Assembly: GCA_013265495.1 (NCBI GenBank)
Contig: MU058226.1
Span: forward strand, 1,067,094-1,087,093
Direction: 5' to 3'
DNA: 20,000 nt
From: Vicugna vicugna
Taxonomy: Eukaryota
Position numbers and translations under genes: made by a program. The notes beneath the pieces were generated by a model, which was not told where the DNA came from, ran no database searches, and saw only the letters and a list, made by a program, of their open reading frames with translations. This document shows positions 1 to 9,959 of this stretch, piece by piece (the stretch's first letter is position 1; every line of letters starts with the position of its first letter).

Positions 1-46
1 GAAACGAATACAACATTGTAAATCAACTATACTTCAATTAAAAAAA
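1..46 (+). mobile_element. 3' terminus of a LINE-1 (artiodactyl-type 3' end with A tail)
   Basis: AACATTGTAAATCAACTATACTTCAATTAAAAAAA is a typical L1 3' terminal sequence; a related terminus recurs at 2036-2125 and 5522-6085. Confidence 0.7.
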
Positions 47-1565
47 TACACAAAGAATTCCCAAAACTCAAAGACAATAAAACACCCATTAAAAAATGGG
101 CAAAAGACCTTAGCAGACACCTTACAAAGAAAATATGCAGATGTGGCAAACAAGCATATGAAAAAAGCTCCACAACTTAAGTCGTCAGGGAAACGTGAAT
201 TAAAACAATGAGATACCACTCAATACTTAATTAGAATGGCCAAAATTCAGAAAACTGACAACATCAAATGCTGGTGAGGATGTGGACCACAGGAATTCTT
301 ACTCATTGCTGGTGGGAATGCAAAATGGTATAGCTTCTTTGGAGATATTTTGGTGGTTTGTTACAAAACCTGCCATACGATCCAGCAATCGCCCTCCTTG
401 GTACTCGCCAAAGGAGTTGAAAACCCAGGTCCACACAAAAGCCTGCACACAGATGTTTATAGCAGCTTTATTAAAAACTGCCAGAATCTGGAAGCAATCA
501 AGATGTCCTTCAGTAGGTGGACAAATAGATTGTGGTATATTAGACAATGGGATACTTTCAGCGCTAAAAAGAAACGAGCTATGAAGCCTTGAAAAGACAT
601 GGAGGAAACTTAAATGCTTATTATTAGGTAAAAGAAATCGATCTGAAAAGGCTACGTCCTGTATGATTCTAACTATATGACATTCTGGAAAAGGCAAAAC
701 TATGGAGACAGTAGAGTTCAGTTTTTGCCAGAGGTTAGGGAGAGGGGAGGAATGAATAGGAGGAGCACAGAGGATTTTTAGGGCAGTAAAGAAACTCTGT
801 ATGGTATAATGATGGATACGCGTGTTATACATTTGTTCAAACCCATATAATGTACACCACTAAGAGGTAAACAAGCTAACTTTGGACTTTGAGTGATTAT
901 TGTGAACGAAAAATACTGCAAACCGTATCAGTAAACAAAGAATGCTGGAGCCATCAAGTCATCAGCTGCTGCCACCAACCCCTGAGTGGAGACAAGCCTG
1001 CAGCCCGGCCTCTGCAGCCACCCACAGTGGAGCACTCTGAGGGGACTCAGAACAAGAAAGGACAGGATACTCGCCCTAGATAGCTAGTTGCTTGTCAAAG
1101 GAATGATTTCAATGAGCTCAAATGTTTGCTTCCTCCCATACATAGAAAAGTGCTAAATTATTTAACTTGAGCTGTCTGGTTTTCTTCAGTCAACAAGTAA
1201 TCTTTTGATGTTCCAGCTACCTGGTTTTTGTTGTAAAACTCTTACATATCCTGGCTTCTCCCTACCTCTTCGGGGCAGTTTCTCAGAGTGATCTGAGAGG
1301 CTGTCATCCTGGCTTGAGTCCTCCTGCCAAATAAAACATAACTTTCAATTTTTAGGTTGTGCATTTATTTCAGTCGACATTATGATGTGTCAATGTAAGT
1401 TTACCCATTATAACAAATGTACCACTCTGTGGGGGATGTTGATGAATGGGGCGGTTATACATGTAGGAGGGGGGCAGGGGGTAAATGGAAATCTCTGTGT
1501 CTTCCTCTCAATCTCAATTTTGTTGTGAAGCTAATACTGCTCTAAAAAAAAAGCCTTAAAAAAAT
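47..1565 (+). mobile_element. Old L1 (L1MC-like) ORF2 end and 3'UTR, interrupted by a solo LTR at 901-1379
   Basis: L1 ORF2/3'UTR motifs (AAATGCTGGTGAGGATGTGG, CTCATTGCTGGTGGGAATGCAAAATGG, ATGTTTATAGCAGCTTTATT; after the LTR, TATGATGTGTCAATGTA...AACAAATGTACCACTCTG) ending in an A-rich tail ~1545-1564. Confidence 0.85.
901..1379 (+). mobile_element. ERV1-class solo LTR (479 bp)
   Basis: TG...CA termini (TGTGAAC...GTCGACA); 4-bp TSD TTAT at 897-900 and 1380-1383; AATAAA at 1330-1335; the L1 reads continuously once it is removed. Confidence 0.85.
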
Positions 1566-1727
1566 TGGTCCTAGAATAGAGGATCAGAATACGAGTTTTA
1601 ACACGATTTGGACATGATCTGTCAAGTATAAAGGATCCTAATATGAGTTTAAAGGATTTTAATGTAACTTAGTTTTGAAAGCATTTTTTGATGGACACAC
1701 AAGAAAATTAAAATGATGCTGAAGGCA

Positions 1728-1760
1728 ACACACACACACAGACACAAACACACACACACG
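1728..1760. repeat. Imperfect (CA)n microsatellite
   Basis: ACACACACACACAGACACAAACACACACACAC. Confidence 0.85.
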
Positions 1761-1904
1761 TCACATCTCCCCAACTGCTATCCCCCAGTCGCCTAGGTTA
1801 TTTACCCAGAAACCAGTTATTCTCTTCCCTGAAAAATACTAGTCTTTTTAGTAAAATACAAATCTATGCTTCTATTTAGTCATTGGTGTATGTTGTTTTA
1901 TCAG

Positions 1905-2327
1905 TAAAAGAGCTCAGGCCACAGACTTGGAGAAAATATTTGCAATATCTGATAGAAGACTTGCATCTGGAATATACAAAGAACCCTTAAAACTCAACAA
2001 TAAGAAAATGGATAATTTAAAAATGTGCAGAATCTATGAAAACGAATATATGTATGTATATGCAAGACTGAGACATTATGCTGTAAACCAGAAATTGACA
2101 CACCATAATTGACTGTACGTCAATTAAAAATGTGCAATATCTGAACAGATAATTCATTAAAGACACTATACAGATGGTGCATGAAAAAGCATATAGAAAG
2201 ATACTCAATATCATATGTAATTAGGGAAATACAAATAAAAAGCAATATACCATTACACATCTATTTGAATAATTAAAATAAAAACTGGTAATACCAAGTA
2301 CTGGTGAGGATGTGGAGCAACAGGAAC
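1905..2327 (+). mobile_element. Old L1M ORF2 3' fragment (resumes ~3475-3535 after the MaLR insertion)
   Basis: CACAGACTTGGAGAAAATATTTGCAA...CTGGTGAGGATGTGGAGCAACAGGAAC, continuing as CTCATTCCTTGTTGGCAGGAGTGCAAAA at 3481. Confidence 0.75.
2036..2125 (+). mobile_element. Severely 5'-truncated young L1 3' end (~90 bp) with long TSD
   Basis: ATGAAAACGAATATATGTATGTATATG...GACTGTACGTCAATT flanked by AAAAATGTGCAGAATCT (2019-2035) and AAAAATGTGCAATATCT (2126-2142). Confidence 0.8.
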
Positions 2328-3474
2328 TATAGGTCTGTTAGGGCTGCTGTAAGAATAGAGCACCAGCTGGGTAGTTTGTAAACAGGAAGTTACTGCTCAT
2401 AGTTTTGGAGGCTGGACATCCAAGATCACTGCACCAGCAAGGCTGGGTAAGGACTTTCTTCCTGGCTCATGGCTGGTACTTCCTGGCTATGTGCTCACAC
2501 AATGCAAAGGGCTTGGGATCTCTCTGAAACCTCTTTTTAAAGGCACTATGATATTGTGATTCACAATAAGAAATATTTATTTGGTCTTCCTTCCTTTTCC
2601 TGCCACAGAGTTACTAAAACCTTTGGAATTTCCTAAGTGATGAAAGCGATAGAAGTGTCTTTCGTTATGTTAATGAGGTGACTTTTGGAAAGCCCCAGCT
2701 ACCCTAAGGATGAGGGCTGGTCACAGGAGGAACCTACCATGTGATTAGGGGCTTTTTACTTTCAGTCCCACCTCCATGACTTCCATGGAGGGGACAGGGG
2801 CTGGAGGTAGATAACTGCTAATGGCCAATGGCTGAATCAATGATGCCTATGTAATGAAGCCTCCATAAAAACCCAAAAGGATGGGGTTTGGAGTTTTCAG
2901 GCTGGTGAACACATGGAGGTGCTGGGAGAGTGGTGTCTTTTCTCATATACTTCGACCTATGCATCTCTTCCATCTGGATGCTCACCTGTATCCTTTATCA
3001 TACTCTTTTATAATAAACTGGGAAACAGTAAGCAAACTGTTTTCCTGAGTTCTGTGAGTCACTCTAGCAAATTAATCTGGAGGGTGTCCTGGAACCACCG
3101 ATTTATAGCTGATCAGTCTGAAGCATAAGTGACAACCTTGATTTGTGATTGGCACCTGAAGTTGGAGGGGTATTCTTGTGAGACTAAACCCTCAATGTGG
3201 GATCTGATGTGATCTCCAGGTAGAGACAGAAGATAGTGTCAGAACTGAGTTGAACTGAGGCCCCTCGGGTGGTGTCAGAGAAGTGCGTGGCAGTGTGGAA
3301 AAAACCCACACCTTACGAACTGGGAACAGGATTGCAGGCACTCATCCCACTCATTAGGGCCCCACTCTCATGACTTAAGTACTTCCCAAAGGCCCCATCT
3401 CCAAATACCATCACATTGGGCATTAGGATTTCAACATATGAATTTTGAGGGAACACAACATTCAGACCAGGGCA
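2328..3474 (-). mobile_element. MaLR LTR (MLT1A-like), split by a MER21-like LTR
   Basis: GTCTGTTAGGGCTGCTGTAA...CTCATAGTTTTGGAGGCTGG and CCCAAAGGCCCCATCTCCAAATACCATCACATTGGG...ATTTCAACATATGAATTTTG...CATTCAGACC are MLT1A-type motifs; imperfect TSD GGAAC/GAAAC. Confidence 0.8.
2547..3336 (+). mobile_element. MER21-like solo LTR (790 bp)
   Basis: Starts TATGATATTGTGA..AATAAGAAATATTTATTTGGTC..CTAAAACCTTTGGAATTTCC (MER21-type), ends ...ATTGCA; TSD GGCAC at 2542-2546 and 3337-3341. Confidence 0.8.
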
Positions 3475-3579
3475 GAAACACTCATTCCTTGTTGGCAGGA
3501 GTGCAAAAGAGCACAGCCACTACAGAAGATAATGTCTCCGCCTTTTGAGTGTCAAACAGAATGTGGACATTTGAAAACC

Positions 3580-3925
3580 ATCACAGTTGACTTTCTAAAC
3601 ACTAATTATCCACATTCCTCCCACATACAAAATAAACTCCCTCCCATCCCAGTCTCATTCCATTACAGAATCAGGGTAAAATCCAGAATCTCATCTAAAT
3701 CAGGGCCAGGTCTGGCTGAGGCTCCTGGCGTGCATTTATGTAAGTGAAGCTCTTCAAGTACAGTTTCTCCTGGACTGAAGGCCTGTGAAGTACAGAGATG
3801 AGTTATCTGTCTCCACAGGCAGGACAGGCACAGGATAATTTTCATACACAATTAAAAAGGGAGAAATGGGAGGCACAAAGAGTCACTGCTTTATAGCAAT
3901 GTTCAAATATAGCCAGGCAAATTGA
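3580..3925 (-). mobile_element. MaLR internal-region fragment (MLT-int-like)
   Basis: GTCTCATTCCATTACAG..AATCCAGAATCTCATCTAAATCAGG..GTTATCTG..AAAAGGGAGAAATGG resembles MaLR internal sequence. Confidence 0.6.
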
Positions 3926-4014
3926 AATTTGTCATCTTTTTCCATCTCTCAACCCCAACTTCCACCCCAGACCCTGTACCCTCTTCGACATTTCAACTAT
4001 CTTGGTAAGAGGCG

Positions 4015-4219
4015 CCTCTGCTAGAACAGGGGAGTCCATCAGGGAGGAGATACTAGTCAGTGCGAGGAGTCCGTGGGGGGCAGGGGTGGGCAAGTCTCCC
4101 CACCTCCTCACATTATGCTAATAGGGCAAGACAATTTCAGATGCTCTTTGCATAAGAGGAGTCAGGGACTCTGAAGTCACAATGTTGGATGGGGGTAGGT
4201 TGTAAACAAATCTAGCATC
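4015..4219 (-). other. MHC class I 3'UTR-homologous sequence
   Basis: Minus strand GATGCTAGATTTGTTTACA..TTGTGACTTCAGAGTCCCTGACT..GCAAAGAGCATCTGAA..TTAGCATAATGTGAGGAGGTGGGGAGAC..CCCACCCC..CCTGTTCTAGCAGAGG matches class I 3'UTR motifs as I recall them. Confidence 0.8.
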
Positions 4220-4248
4220 ACCGTACATCCTCTGGTAGGTCTGAGACC
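4220..4248 (-). pseudogene. First 29 nt of MHC class I exon 3 (GSQTYQRMYG)
   Basis: Typical intron 2 end (CGGTTTCATTTTCAGTT...GGGGCGTCAG|) followed by GG TCT CAG ACC TAC CAG AGG ATG TAC GGT; homology stops just before Cys101. Confidence 0.85.
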
Positions 4249-4446
4249 CTGACGCCCCCCCGCCCCCCACAGTGAATAAACCGAAACTGAAAATGAAACC
4301 GGGTCAAAGTCCCGCCGGCTCTTCCTGTGTCGAGAGTCGGGCGGGTTCCGCAATGTCGGGGTGACCTTCGAACCCGGAGACTCGAGGTACCCCAGCCCGT
4401 CCCTGGGGAGGGGGTCGTGAGCTGGACCCGGGCCCGCGCCGCTCAC

Positions 4447-4717
4447 CGGCCTCGCTCTGGTTGTAGTAGCCGCGCAGGGTGTTCAGGCCCACTCGGTACC
4501 AGTGTGCGTTGCCCTTCGCATTCCGTGTCTCCCGTTCCCAATACTCCGGCCCCTCCTGCCCCACCCACCGCGCCCGTGGCTCCATCCTCGGATTCGGGGC
4601 GTCACTATCGAAGCGCACGAACTGCGTGTCATCCACGTAGCCGACTTCCACGTACCAGGTCTCCCCGAGGCCAGGCCGGGATACCCCCGTTTCCGAAATA
4701 CCTCTTGGAGTGGGAAT
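4447..4717 (-). pseudogene. MHC class I exon 2 (alpha1), 271 nt, +1 frameshift near codon 9
   Basis: CAG|AT TCC CAC TCC AAG AGG TAT TTC (DSHSKRYF), then the shifted frame gives [87 protein letters not shown]. Confidence 0.95.
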
Positions 4718-5024
4718 CTGGGGGCGGGGAGGGGGTGAGACCCGGCCCGACCCTCCTCCGGGCGCGGGTCCCAGGATCTGATGTTGAAGGGGCGGAAGCG
4801 GGGCGGGGATGAGGGGGCTAGCGAGACGGAAAAGTGGTGGCAGTTCGAAAAAGAGCCAGGACCTCGGGGTGGGAGAGAGGAGAGGGCGGGCTAGAGGTGG
4901 GGTGACGGGTCTGGGCAGGGGGCGGCGACGTCGCACTTTCCCCGGGGGTCCTGCCCTCGCTACCCCGGGGCGGGCCCCTCGCTCCTCCCCCGCAGAGGCC
5001 GTTCCCTCCCGACCCCGCACTCAC

Positions 5025-5097
5025 CCGCCCAGGTCTGGGTCAGGGCCAGGGCCCCCGAGAGCAGCAGGAGGAGGGCTCGGGACTCCCAGATCCCCAT
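5025..5097 (-). pseudogene. MHC class I exon 1 (leader [24 protein letters not shown])
   Basis: 73-nt coding exon (canonical length), ATG at 5097, donor G|GTGAGT at 5025/5024. Confidence 0.92.
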
Positions 5098-5139
5098 CAG
5101 AGTCTGCGAGAAGCAGAGTGAGGACCGGTCCATGCGGAC

Positions 5140-5255
5140 TTTATAACCGGGAACCGACTGGCTTTTGTAGAAACCCGACACCAAAGAGAGTGAGAACTGG
5201 GACCGCGTCACGAGTGTCCAGGCCGGAAGGCCCGGGGAGAAGGGAACCCCCAGCA
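5140..5255 (-). promoter_or_regulatory. Degenerate MHC class I proximal promoter
   Basis: TATAAA 5145-5140; CCAAT position reads CCAGT (5161-5157); Y-box position reads TTTGG (5185-5181); X2/CRE TGACGC 5210-5205; kB-like GGGGGTTCCCT 5251-5241. Confidence 0.75.
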
Positions 5256-5521
5256 CCGAGCGTTCTCGCCCCAGACCCCGCCCTCGGTGAGACCCCCGAG
5301 AGCCACTCCCTCCCGGGAACCTGGGACTTTGCCCTGATCGCTCCCCTCCTGCACCGAGAGCTCTTCGTCACCAAGTCTCACTGAGTCCTGGCCCAGGGGC
5401 TAATTCAGCGATTTTCAAAGTTTTTGGTCAGAATATCTATATAGTCATCCAAATTAGGAACACCTCAAGGATATTTTCTATCGATATTTTCCATACTAGG
5501 AATAATACTGTTAAATTAAAA

Positions 5522-6085
5522 ACATTGTAATAACCTCTAATGGAAAAAAAACATGAAAACGAGTATATGTATGTATATACAAAACTGGGACATAGTGCTG
5601 TACACAAGAGACTGACACATTGTAATTGACAGTACTTCTATGAAGGAAAAGCCCAGCTGGGCTAACAAGCTAACTCACAAATCTAAGTGTAACAAGTGTC
5701 GGATTACTGATCTGAGTTCTGCTGGGTTAACTTGTAAATCTGAGTTAATTATTGTTGGTTTGCTGATTCCCTGTTCATGTTTTTTCACTAGCCAGCTGGA
5801 TTTTCAAAGAGACATATCTGGCGTTGAAATGTTGGTTTCCTGCCTCCCTGCCTCTACTTTTGTGATAATGATGTTGCTAAAGCTGTTCCATGCCTATTGG
5901 CCAAATACCCCAAGCTTGTAATTAACCCTATAAAACCTCATGCACACGTCTTGGAGGTGCTCAGAGCTTCGGAGCAGAAGCCCCTCTGAGCCCGCCGGCT
6001 TAATACATCTGAGTACTCCAACCCTCCGAGTGGTGCTTGTTTCTTGACTGGCCTGTCATTTCCGTAACACTTCAATTAAAAATTA
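5522..6085 (+). mobile_element. Short young L1 3' end, split by a solo LTR
   Basis: TTGTAATAACCTCTAATGG..ATGAAAACGAGTATATGTATGTATA..GACAGTACTTC [LTR] CTTCAATTAAAAA; same family as 2036-2125. Confidence 0.78.
5639..6069 (+). mobile_element. ERV1-class solo LTR (431 bp), lineage-young
   Basis: TATGAAGG...GTAACA termini; 4-bp TSD CTTC at 5635-5638 and 6070-6073; TATAAAA 5929-5935; AATACA polyA-signal variant ~6002. Confidence 0.8.
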
Positions 6086-6804
6086 ATTTAGGTAAATATT
6101 AATATCCCATTGCCTTTACTACAAAATATAACTATTTCCCAGAATAACCGTGGTAGTGAGATGGTGGAGCTTTTTACAGTTTTACATTTTTGCAGGTCTC
6201 TTTCTTGTATGTCTCATTAGAAGACCACTGGATTTTCAAGTTTGCTTCTGCGTTTAATCCCTTATTTTGATTGAAGACTACAAAGAGGCTCACACATATG
6301 TAGGAGTATTATTTTTAATAACCTTTTCACATAATTGTGGAATGTTCCTCTTTGATACAAAACTAAAACTACACAAGTTGTAGTTTCTCAAAGGTTATTT
6401 GCAAAGTGGACCTGAAACAATATAATTGAATATTTCCTATTCTGTTACATTAAAATCCATAGGCCTATCTTGCACACTGATTGTCTCTTGTACTGATGAA
6501 CGATGTTTTTTAGCAGATACATTGTTTGACTGAGTTATACAATCTTCCAGTGTCTATGTATTTAATCAAAGTTATCAAAAAATCATCATATATGATCATA
6601 TTACCACAGATGCCAACAGAGGAGTTAACCTAACGGGAAGCTGACAGCTTATGCGATGAATCACTAGTTTTCCAAAGTTCTGGGTGGCAGTCTCAACTCT
6701 CAGTTTATTTTCCTGAAGGAAGAAAATCTTCCTCACTTCATTTTTGAGAAAGTGGATGGCAGTTAACCAAGTCTAAATAATTATAGTTTCTCTGTCATTT
6801 ATTC

Positions 6805-6966
6805 TTTTTCTTTTTACTGTTATTTTTATTTATTTATTTTCATGTTTCATTTCTAAATTTTTTTGGGGGGAGTAGGTGATTAGGTTTTATTTATTTATGG
6901 GACTTGAACCCAGGACTTCCTGCATGCTAAGCAAGCACTCTACCACTGAGCTATACCCGCCCCCCC
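6805..6966 (-). mobile_element. tRNA-derived SINE (camelid Vic-type)
   Basis: Minus strand GGGTATAGCTCAGTGGTAGAG (A box)...GTCCTGGGTTCAAGTCCC (B box), then AATAAATAAAACCTAATCACCTACTCCCCCC and an A-rich tail. Confidence 0.85.
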
Positions 6967-7825
6967 AACTCATCCTTTCAAGTAAAAATAGTATTTCAGG
7001 AAAAAGGAGGCTAGCTCAGCTCACATACAGTATTTTCCCTGGGACATAGGACTTCAGAATGTGGCAGAAGTGTTGTTTTATGTGTGCTTCCCATGTCATC
7101 ATATAAGGTATTTTTAAAATGTGATTTTAATGATGATGATTTAGGACAGATAGTTTTTAATGCTCCAAGAAGGACATTTAAAAACAAACCTTTTTTTTTC
7201 TACAAGTGAGTTGTGATGGAAGATAATTCCTATTGCAGTTTGCTGCCAGAAGTCTCCATTATTACTAAACTTTACCTCAATGCAAATGTCAACATAGAGT
7301 AAAGGCAAATAATGTGTCAGAGACTCTATGAAAATAGTTTTGAACTGATGGATCCTGTGAAAGGGTCTCAGTGACTTCAAGGGTTCCACAGACCACACTT
7401 TGAGAACTGCTGTTCTGCATAAACCAAGGAAAGTCTCCCAGCTGGTCCCCACTTTCGCCTCTTGTTTGTGTCCCAGAATCCCTCTCTCTGAGCTGGAAAC
7501 TCCCTGCCTCCCCAAACCTAGCTGAAAGCTCTGCCCCTGGGCTCCCTTAGGAGAAAACCCACTTCCTGGAAAAGAATAACAGAGAGAGTCCTCAGTCTGG
7601 GAAGGGCGGTGGAAGGACAGGTAACACCACTCTGGAACTGGAAACAGTCTGGGCCCGAAGGCACCAGACTCACTCATAACCTATTTTGGGTTTGTTATAC
7701 ACCAGCTTAATATGTATTCATATCCCAGACAGAAGTCTGCAATAGTTTCTCAGAGAAATAACATTGGCCCTTTCATCTCACGTGGGTCTAATGCATCTGA
7801 GGTGAGGCCCACAAAGCATGGAGAG

Positions 7826-7990
7826 CAGTCCTGTCCAACAGAACGTTCTGTGATGGAGAAACTGATCTATGTCTGTGCTCTCCACTGTGGTAGCCACTAG
7901 CTACATGTGGCACCTCAGAAATCACTATTGTGCTGAGCACCTTTAATTTAATTTATTTTATTTAAATAACCATATGCTGATAGTATCTTG
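7826..7990. mobile_element. MER3-like hAT-Charlie MITE
   Basis: CTGTCCAACAGAACGTTCTGTGATG..GGTAGCCACTAGCTACATGTGGC..TTTAATTTAATTTATTT. Confidence 0.7.
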
Positions 7991-8734
7991 CATATGAGAT
8001 AGTGCATATCCAGAATGTTCTTAAAATTGTCTGTTCCCCAAAAAGATACTTTGTGACTCATTGGTTGATAAATATTAAAAGAGTCAGTGGAAGGCATGGG
8101 TTTGTATATGTGGGTCTTAGATGTATCCTTAAAACACAACATGCCTAAGAAAGTTTAATTAATATATATTTTAACAATTACAGTGTATAGACATTAACCA
8201 AACCATGGTTTATCACTATCAGGTCATAAGTGTTCAAAAATGCCCATCATTGGAACTAATCCTTATCTACGTTACATTGGGACTCTGGGTATTTTCATTA
8301 ATCTGATAAACATGGGCAGGCATGTAAGTCTTTCAATTAGCCCAGGAGAAAGTATTTATTGGCCACAATATATGTCAAATGCCTTGCAGGTCCTGTACAT
8401 ACTTGTAAATTATAAAGCAGAAGATGTACACCTTAGAATTCAACCACCTTAGAAATCTTGACCTACTGTTCCTCCTATGTTTTACTCCCCAAATCAGTGA
8501 ATTCTGTTTCCCTTCACCCTTGGACCCCTCTCTCCTCACCATCCCCTCCTAGATGAAAAGATACGTGAATTTTTACAATTGTGGAACAAATAATTCACTA
8601 AGCGTAATCCTAAAGATGAAAAACCATAAAGAAATACACAAATCCTCTCTGTGTCAACCACACACTTACAAAGATTTAAAACACACGCTCATATTAAACT
8701 CAAAGACATAAAAAATTTGACAGACAAAAGATAT

Positions 8735-9200
8735 GATGTGCCTCCATGTTCTTCAGCCAAAGATCACCTGGAGCACATCTGTGGGCAAGCAGGTTGGATT
8801 TATTACTGGGAGCAGCGAGGGAGATCACACTGCCTCAGGCCCACGGTGTCTGAGCGTGAGTATTAGACAGAACGTACATACGGCTTTGGTTGGGTGATTC
8901 TGAGGAGGGATTTGGAAGCAGGGGCTCATTCTAGATTGAATGTTGTTAGGAAGTGAGGGAAAATTCTGTGACTGGGCACCTGAGTAAACCGGGAGGGAGG
9001 GCAACTAGAGCAAGGATACAGCTGTAACTAGACAGAAGCAGTGGTCGCTGTATGAGCACAGGGAGAGGTCCAGTACATTGTGAAGGTCACAGTGCCGCCT
9101 TGTTTGGTCTATATGGAATGATGTCATGGTCTTGTCTTGTCTCCCTGTGTCATGGTCTCAGGTGTCCTTGTGTAATGTCAATGTTCCAAATTGTTTTCTA
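8735..9200 (-). mobile_element. Old LTR fragment (ERV1, MER31/MER67-like)
   Basis: AAAGATCACC..GGTTGGATTTATTACT..GCAGCGAGGGAGATCACAC.. contains a reverse AATAAA-type signal and resembles this LTR group; family uncertain. Confidence 0.5.
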
Positions 9201-9349
9201 ATATTCTTTAGTTATTTTTCATTTGGGATATAGTTACTTTAAAATATTGAATTCAGAAGGACAAAGCAGACTCCAAGCACAGGAATTGGTCTCACACTTA
9301 CACGGGCCTCAGTGTTGTGAGAAGCGGAGCTGGGGCTCCTCAGTCGGTC

Positions 9350-9520
9350 ATGTTAATGTCTCAACAATTTCAATATGCTTACATTTTGACACAGAAACTT
9401 CTCTTTTAGAAATTTATCCTAAGGAGATGATTAGACATGTTCTCAAAAATACACATTCAAGGATGTATCTTGAATTGTGGTTTATAGAAGTAAAGAGTGG
9501 AAATAATCTAAATGCTACAA
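9350..9520 (+). mobile_element. Ancient L1ME 3' fragment
   Basis: TTTGACACAGAAACTTCTCTTTTAGAAATTTATCCTAAGGAGATGAT..CAAGGATGT..TGGAAATAATCTAAATG. Confidence 0.55.
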
Positions 9521-9549
9521 TCACTGTAATGATGGTCACTATGAACAGA

Positions 9550-9740
9550 GGAGAACTAACTATGTCTCAGGCAGTCATTCCATGTGATTTACATACAGGG
9601 TCAATTTATGCCTCAAAGCAAACCCATGAGGGGCCCAATGTGTGATCCTTTTGTGCAGACAGGGAAAGGGAGCCTCAGAGAGGATAAGGAGCATCTATTT
9701 CGAGGCCACCTTGCATCAGGATCTGGAGACACTGGAGGAG
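9550..9740 (-). mobile_element. MIR SINE fragment
   Basis: AAACCCATGAGG..TTTTGTGCAGACAGGGAAAGGGAGCCTCAGAGAGGATAAG..GAGGCCAC resembles the MIR core. Confidence 0.6.
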
Positions 9741-9959
9741 AGCAACAGTTAGGCGCCTGCTGATGGGAAATGGGCTCTGCTGTGCGGGAGAGGGACAGAA
9801 ATGACCGAGACAGATGCACATCAGGACTGCGCTAAGTGCCGTGAGGAAGAGCTGATGATGCCATGAGAGCAGATAACAGGAGTCCTGACAGGTCCCCTGC
9901 TGCTGATATCAATAATGTCTGAAAGATGGAAAAGATAAATGGAATGTGAAATAAAACCA

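Larger units (their letters stand above)
4015..5097 (-). pseudogene. Classical-type MHC class I heavy-chain pseudogene (exon 1, frameshifted exon 2, start of exon 3, fused to 3'UTR)
   Basis: Leader and alpha1 translations are clearly class I; GT/AG sites at 5024, 4719-4718, 4446 and 4250-4249; +1 frameshift; exons 3-8 mostly missing. Confidence 0.93.
4230..5400. promoter_or_regulatory. CpG island over the class I promoter and exons 1-3
   Basis: Very GC- and CpG-rich compared with the CpG-depleted flanks. Confidence 0.85.
5406..7412 (-). mobile_element. hAT-Charlie DNA transposon (Charlie1-like, non-autonomous/decayed) hosting L1, LTR and SINE insertions
   Basis: Terminal inverted repeats CAGCGATTTTCAAAGT (5406-5421) and ACTTTGAGAACTGCTG (7397-7412); subterminal ATGAAAATAGTTTTGA..GAAAGGGTCTC..GACCACACTTTGAGAAC. 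Confidence 0.8.

Noticed and set aside
282..832. ORFs of 80-177 aa on both strands
   Set aside because: They lie within decayed L1 ORF2/3'UTR; the translations are typical L1-derived peptides
4304..5020. 238-aa minus-strand ORF as a single-exon gene
   Set aside because: Reads through GC-rich intron 1 and intron 2 around exon 2 and starts at the GTG region of the splice donor; only the alpha1 part is real homology
4327..5384. Plus-strand ORFs of 161 and 191 aa
   Set aside because: Stop-poor antisense frames in a CpG island; low-complexity Pro/Arg/Gly translations
6895..6960. tRNA gene-like A and B boxes (also ~11165-11228)
   Set aside because: Followed by SINE tails and A-rich ends, with a TSD at the second copy; these are SINE heads, not tRNA genes
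7141..7677. 178-aa minus-strand ORF
   Set aside because: Crosses the Charlie1 terminus; no recognisable domain or splice structure
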